A stretch of 64,000 nt of DNA from Isurus oxyrinchus (Eukaryota): the NCBI GenBank assembly GCA_026770705.1, contig JANJGN010000052.1, positions 1,178,001 to 1,242,000 on the forward strand, written 5' to 3'. The notes under the pieces were generated by a model, which saw only the letters and a program-made list of their open reading frames with translations, did not search any database and was not told where the DNA came from. Of the stretch, positions 63,545 through 64,000 are shown one piece after another. How positions within the stretch are numbered: the stretch's first letter is position 1; each line of letters begins with the position of its first letter. The translations under genes were made by a program, and so were the position numbers.

Positions 63545-63913
63545 TTGGACTGTCACAAGAGTGGAAAGGTGACACTCCACGAGAGGTGACAGCACAGGAA
63601 GATTCGTGTGTACAGATTCCATGTCATTACAGTTATCCATCACATTTGGAAAGCCGACCACGAGTCGGAGTCTGGTTTAATAACGAGAAACAGATTCCCT
63701 GGGCTCCCATAGCCTTTCACTCCAAGGATCACAGTCACGAGTTACCACGGTTCCACCATCGGACCCGGCTGTCTGGAGACCTGAAAGATGGCGACTGTTC
63801 CCTGATTATAAACAACATCAGACGGGAAGATGCAGGACCTTATTTTTTCAGGATAGAATTTGACAATGGTCCGAGCCATAACTATTACCCTGTAACCCAG
63901 CTTCATGTTTCTG
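63545..63913 (+). CDS. Gene E Siglec V-set (sialic-acid-binding) domain exon; gene continues beyond the window
   Basis: ccccag|TT GGA...TCT G|gtaagt, 369 nt, phase 1-1; CVQIPC-x-Y-x-YP, GD-x4-CSL-x-I, DAGPYFFRIE. Three-Cys pattern, no F-strand Cys and an F-strand Arg are Siglec signatures. Confidence 0.93.
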
Positions 63914-64000
63914 GTAAGTGCTGTGTTATAATTACTCAACAATTCACATTCAACACTCAATGGGAATTAACACAAACTGTGACGTTTACATATTAACACA

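Overview
Vertebrate genomic DNA, most likely a cartilaginous fish (inferred from its repeats: CR1 LINE fragments, tRNA-head SINEs, the 33-bp CAGTACTGAGGGAGTGCTGCACTGTC minisatellite), with six N-gaps. The window is a rapidly evolving cluster of Siglec-like Ig-superfamily receptor genes, all on the + strand, reconstructed from splice signals and exon phases. Gene A (5' end outside the window, 369-10718) has at least six near-identical 282-nt Ig exons, an uncharged TM exon and a tail with an ITIM (ILYANI) plus a TxYxxI motif (TEYTQI). Relic B (19338-20762) is a broken Ig exon plus a diverged TM exon. Gene C (about 21600-29570) has two promoter/leader modules, a deleted V-set exon, an intact Siglec C2 exon, a broken Ig repeat, an arginine-bearing TM and a short tyrosine-free tail, i.e. 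an activating-type receptor. Gene D (44135-49707) is a headless segmental duplicate of gene A with three Ig repeats, one frameshifted, flanked by ~2.8-kb inverted repeats. Gene E (60860 to window end) has a leader and an intact Siglec V-set exon with the sialic-acid-binding arginine (YFFR). Together these look like a paired inhibitory/activating Siglec system with variable stalk length. Most ORFs in the supplied track are microsatellite or minisatellite artefacts. Copy numbers may be distorted by assembly across near-identical repeats.
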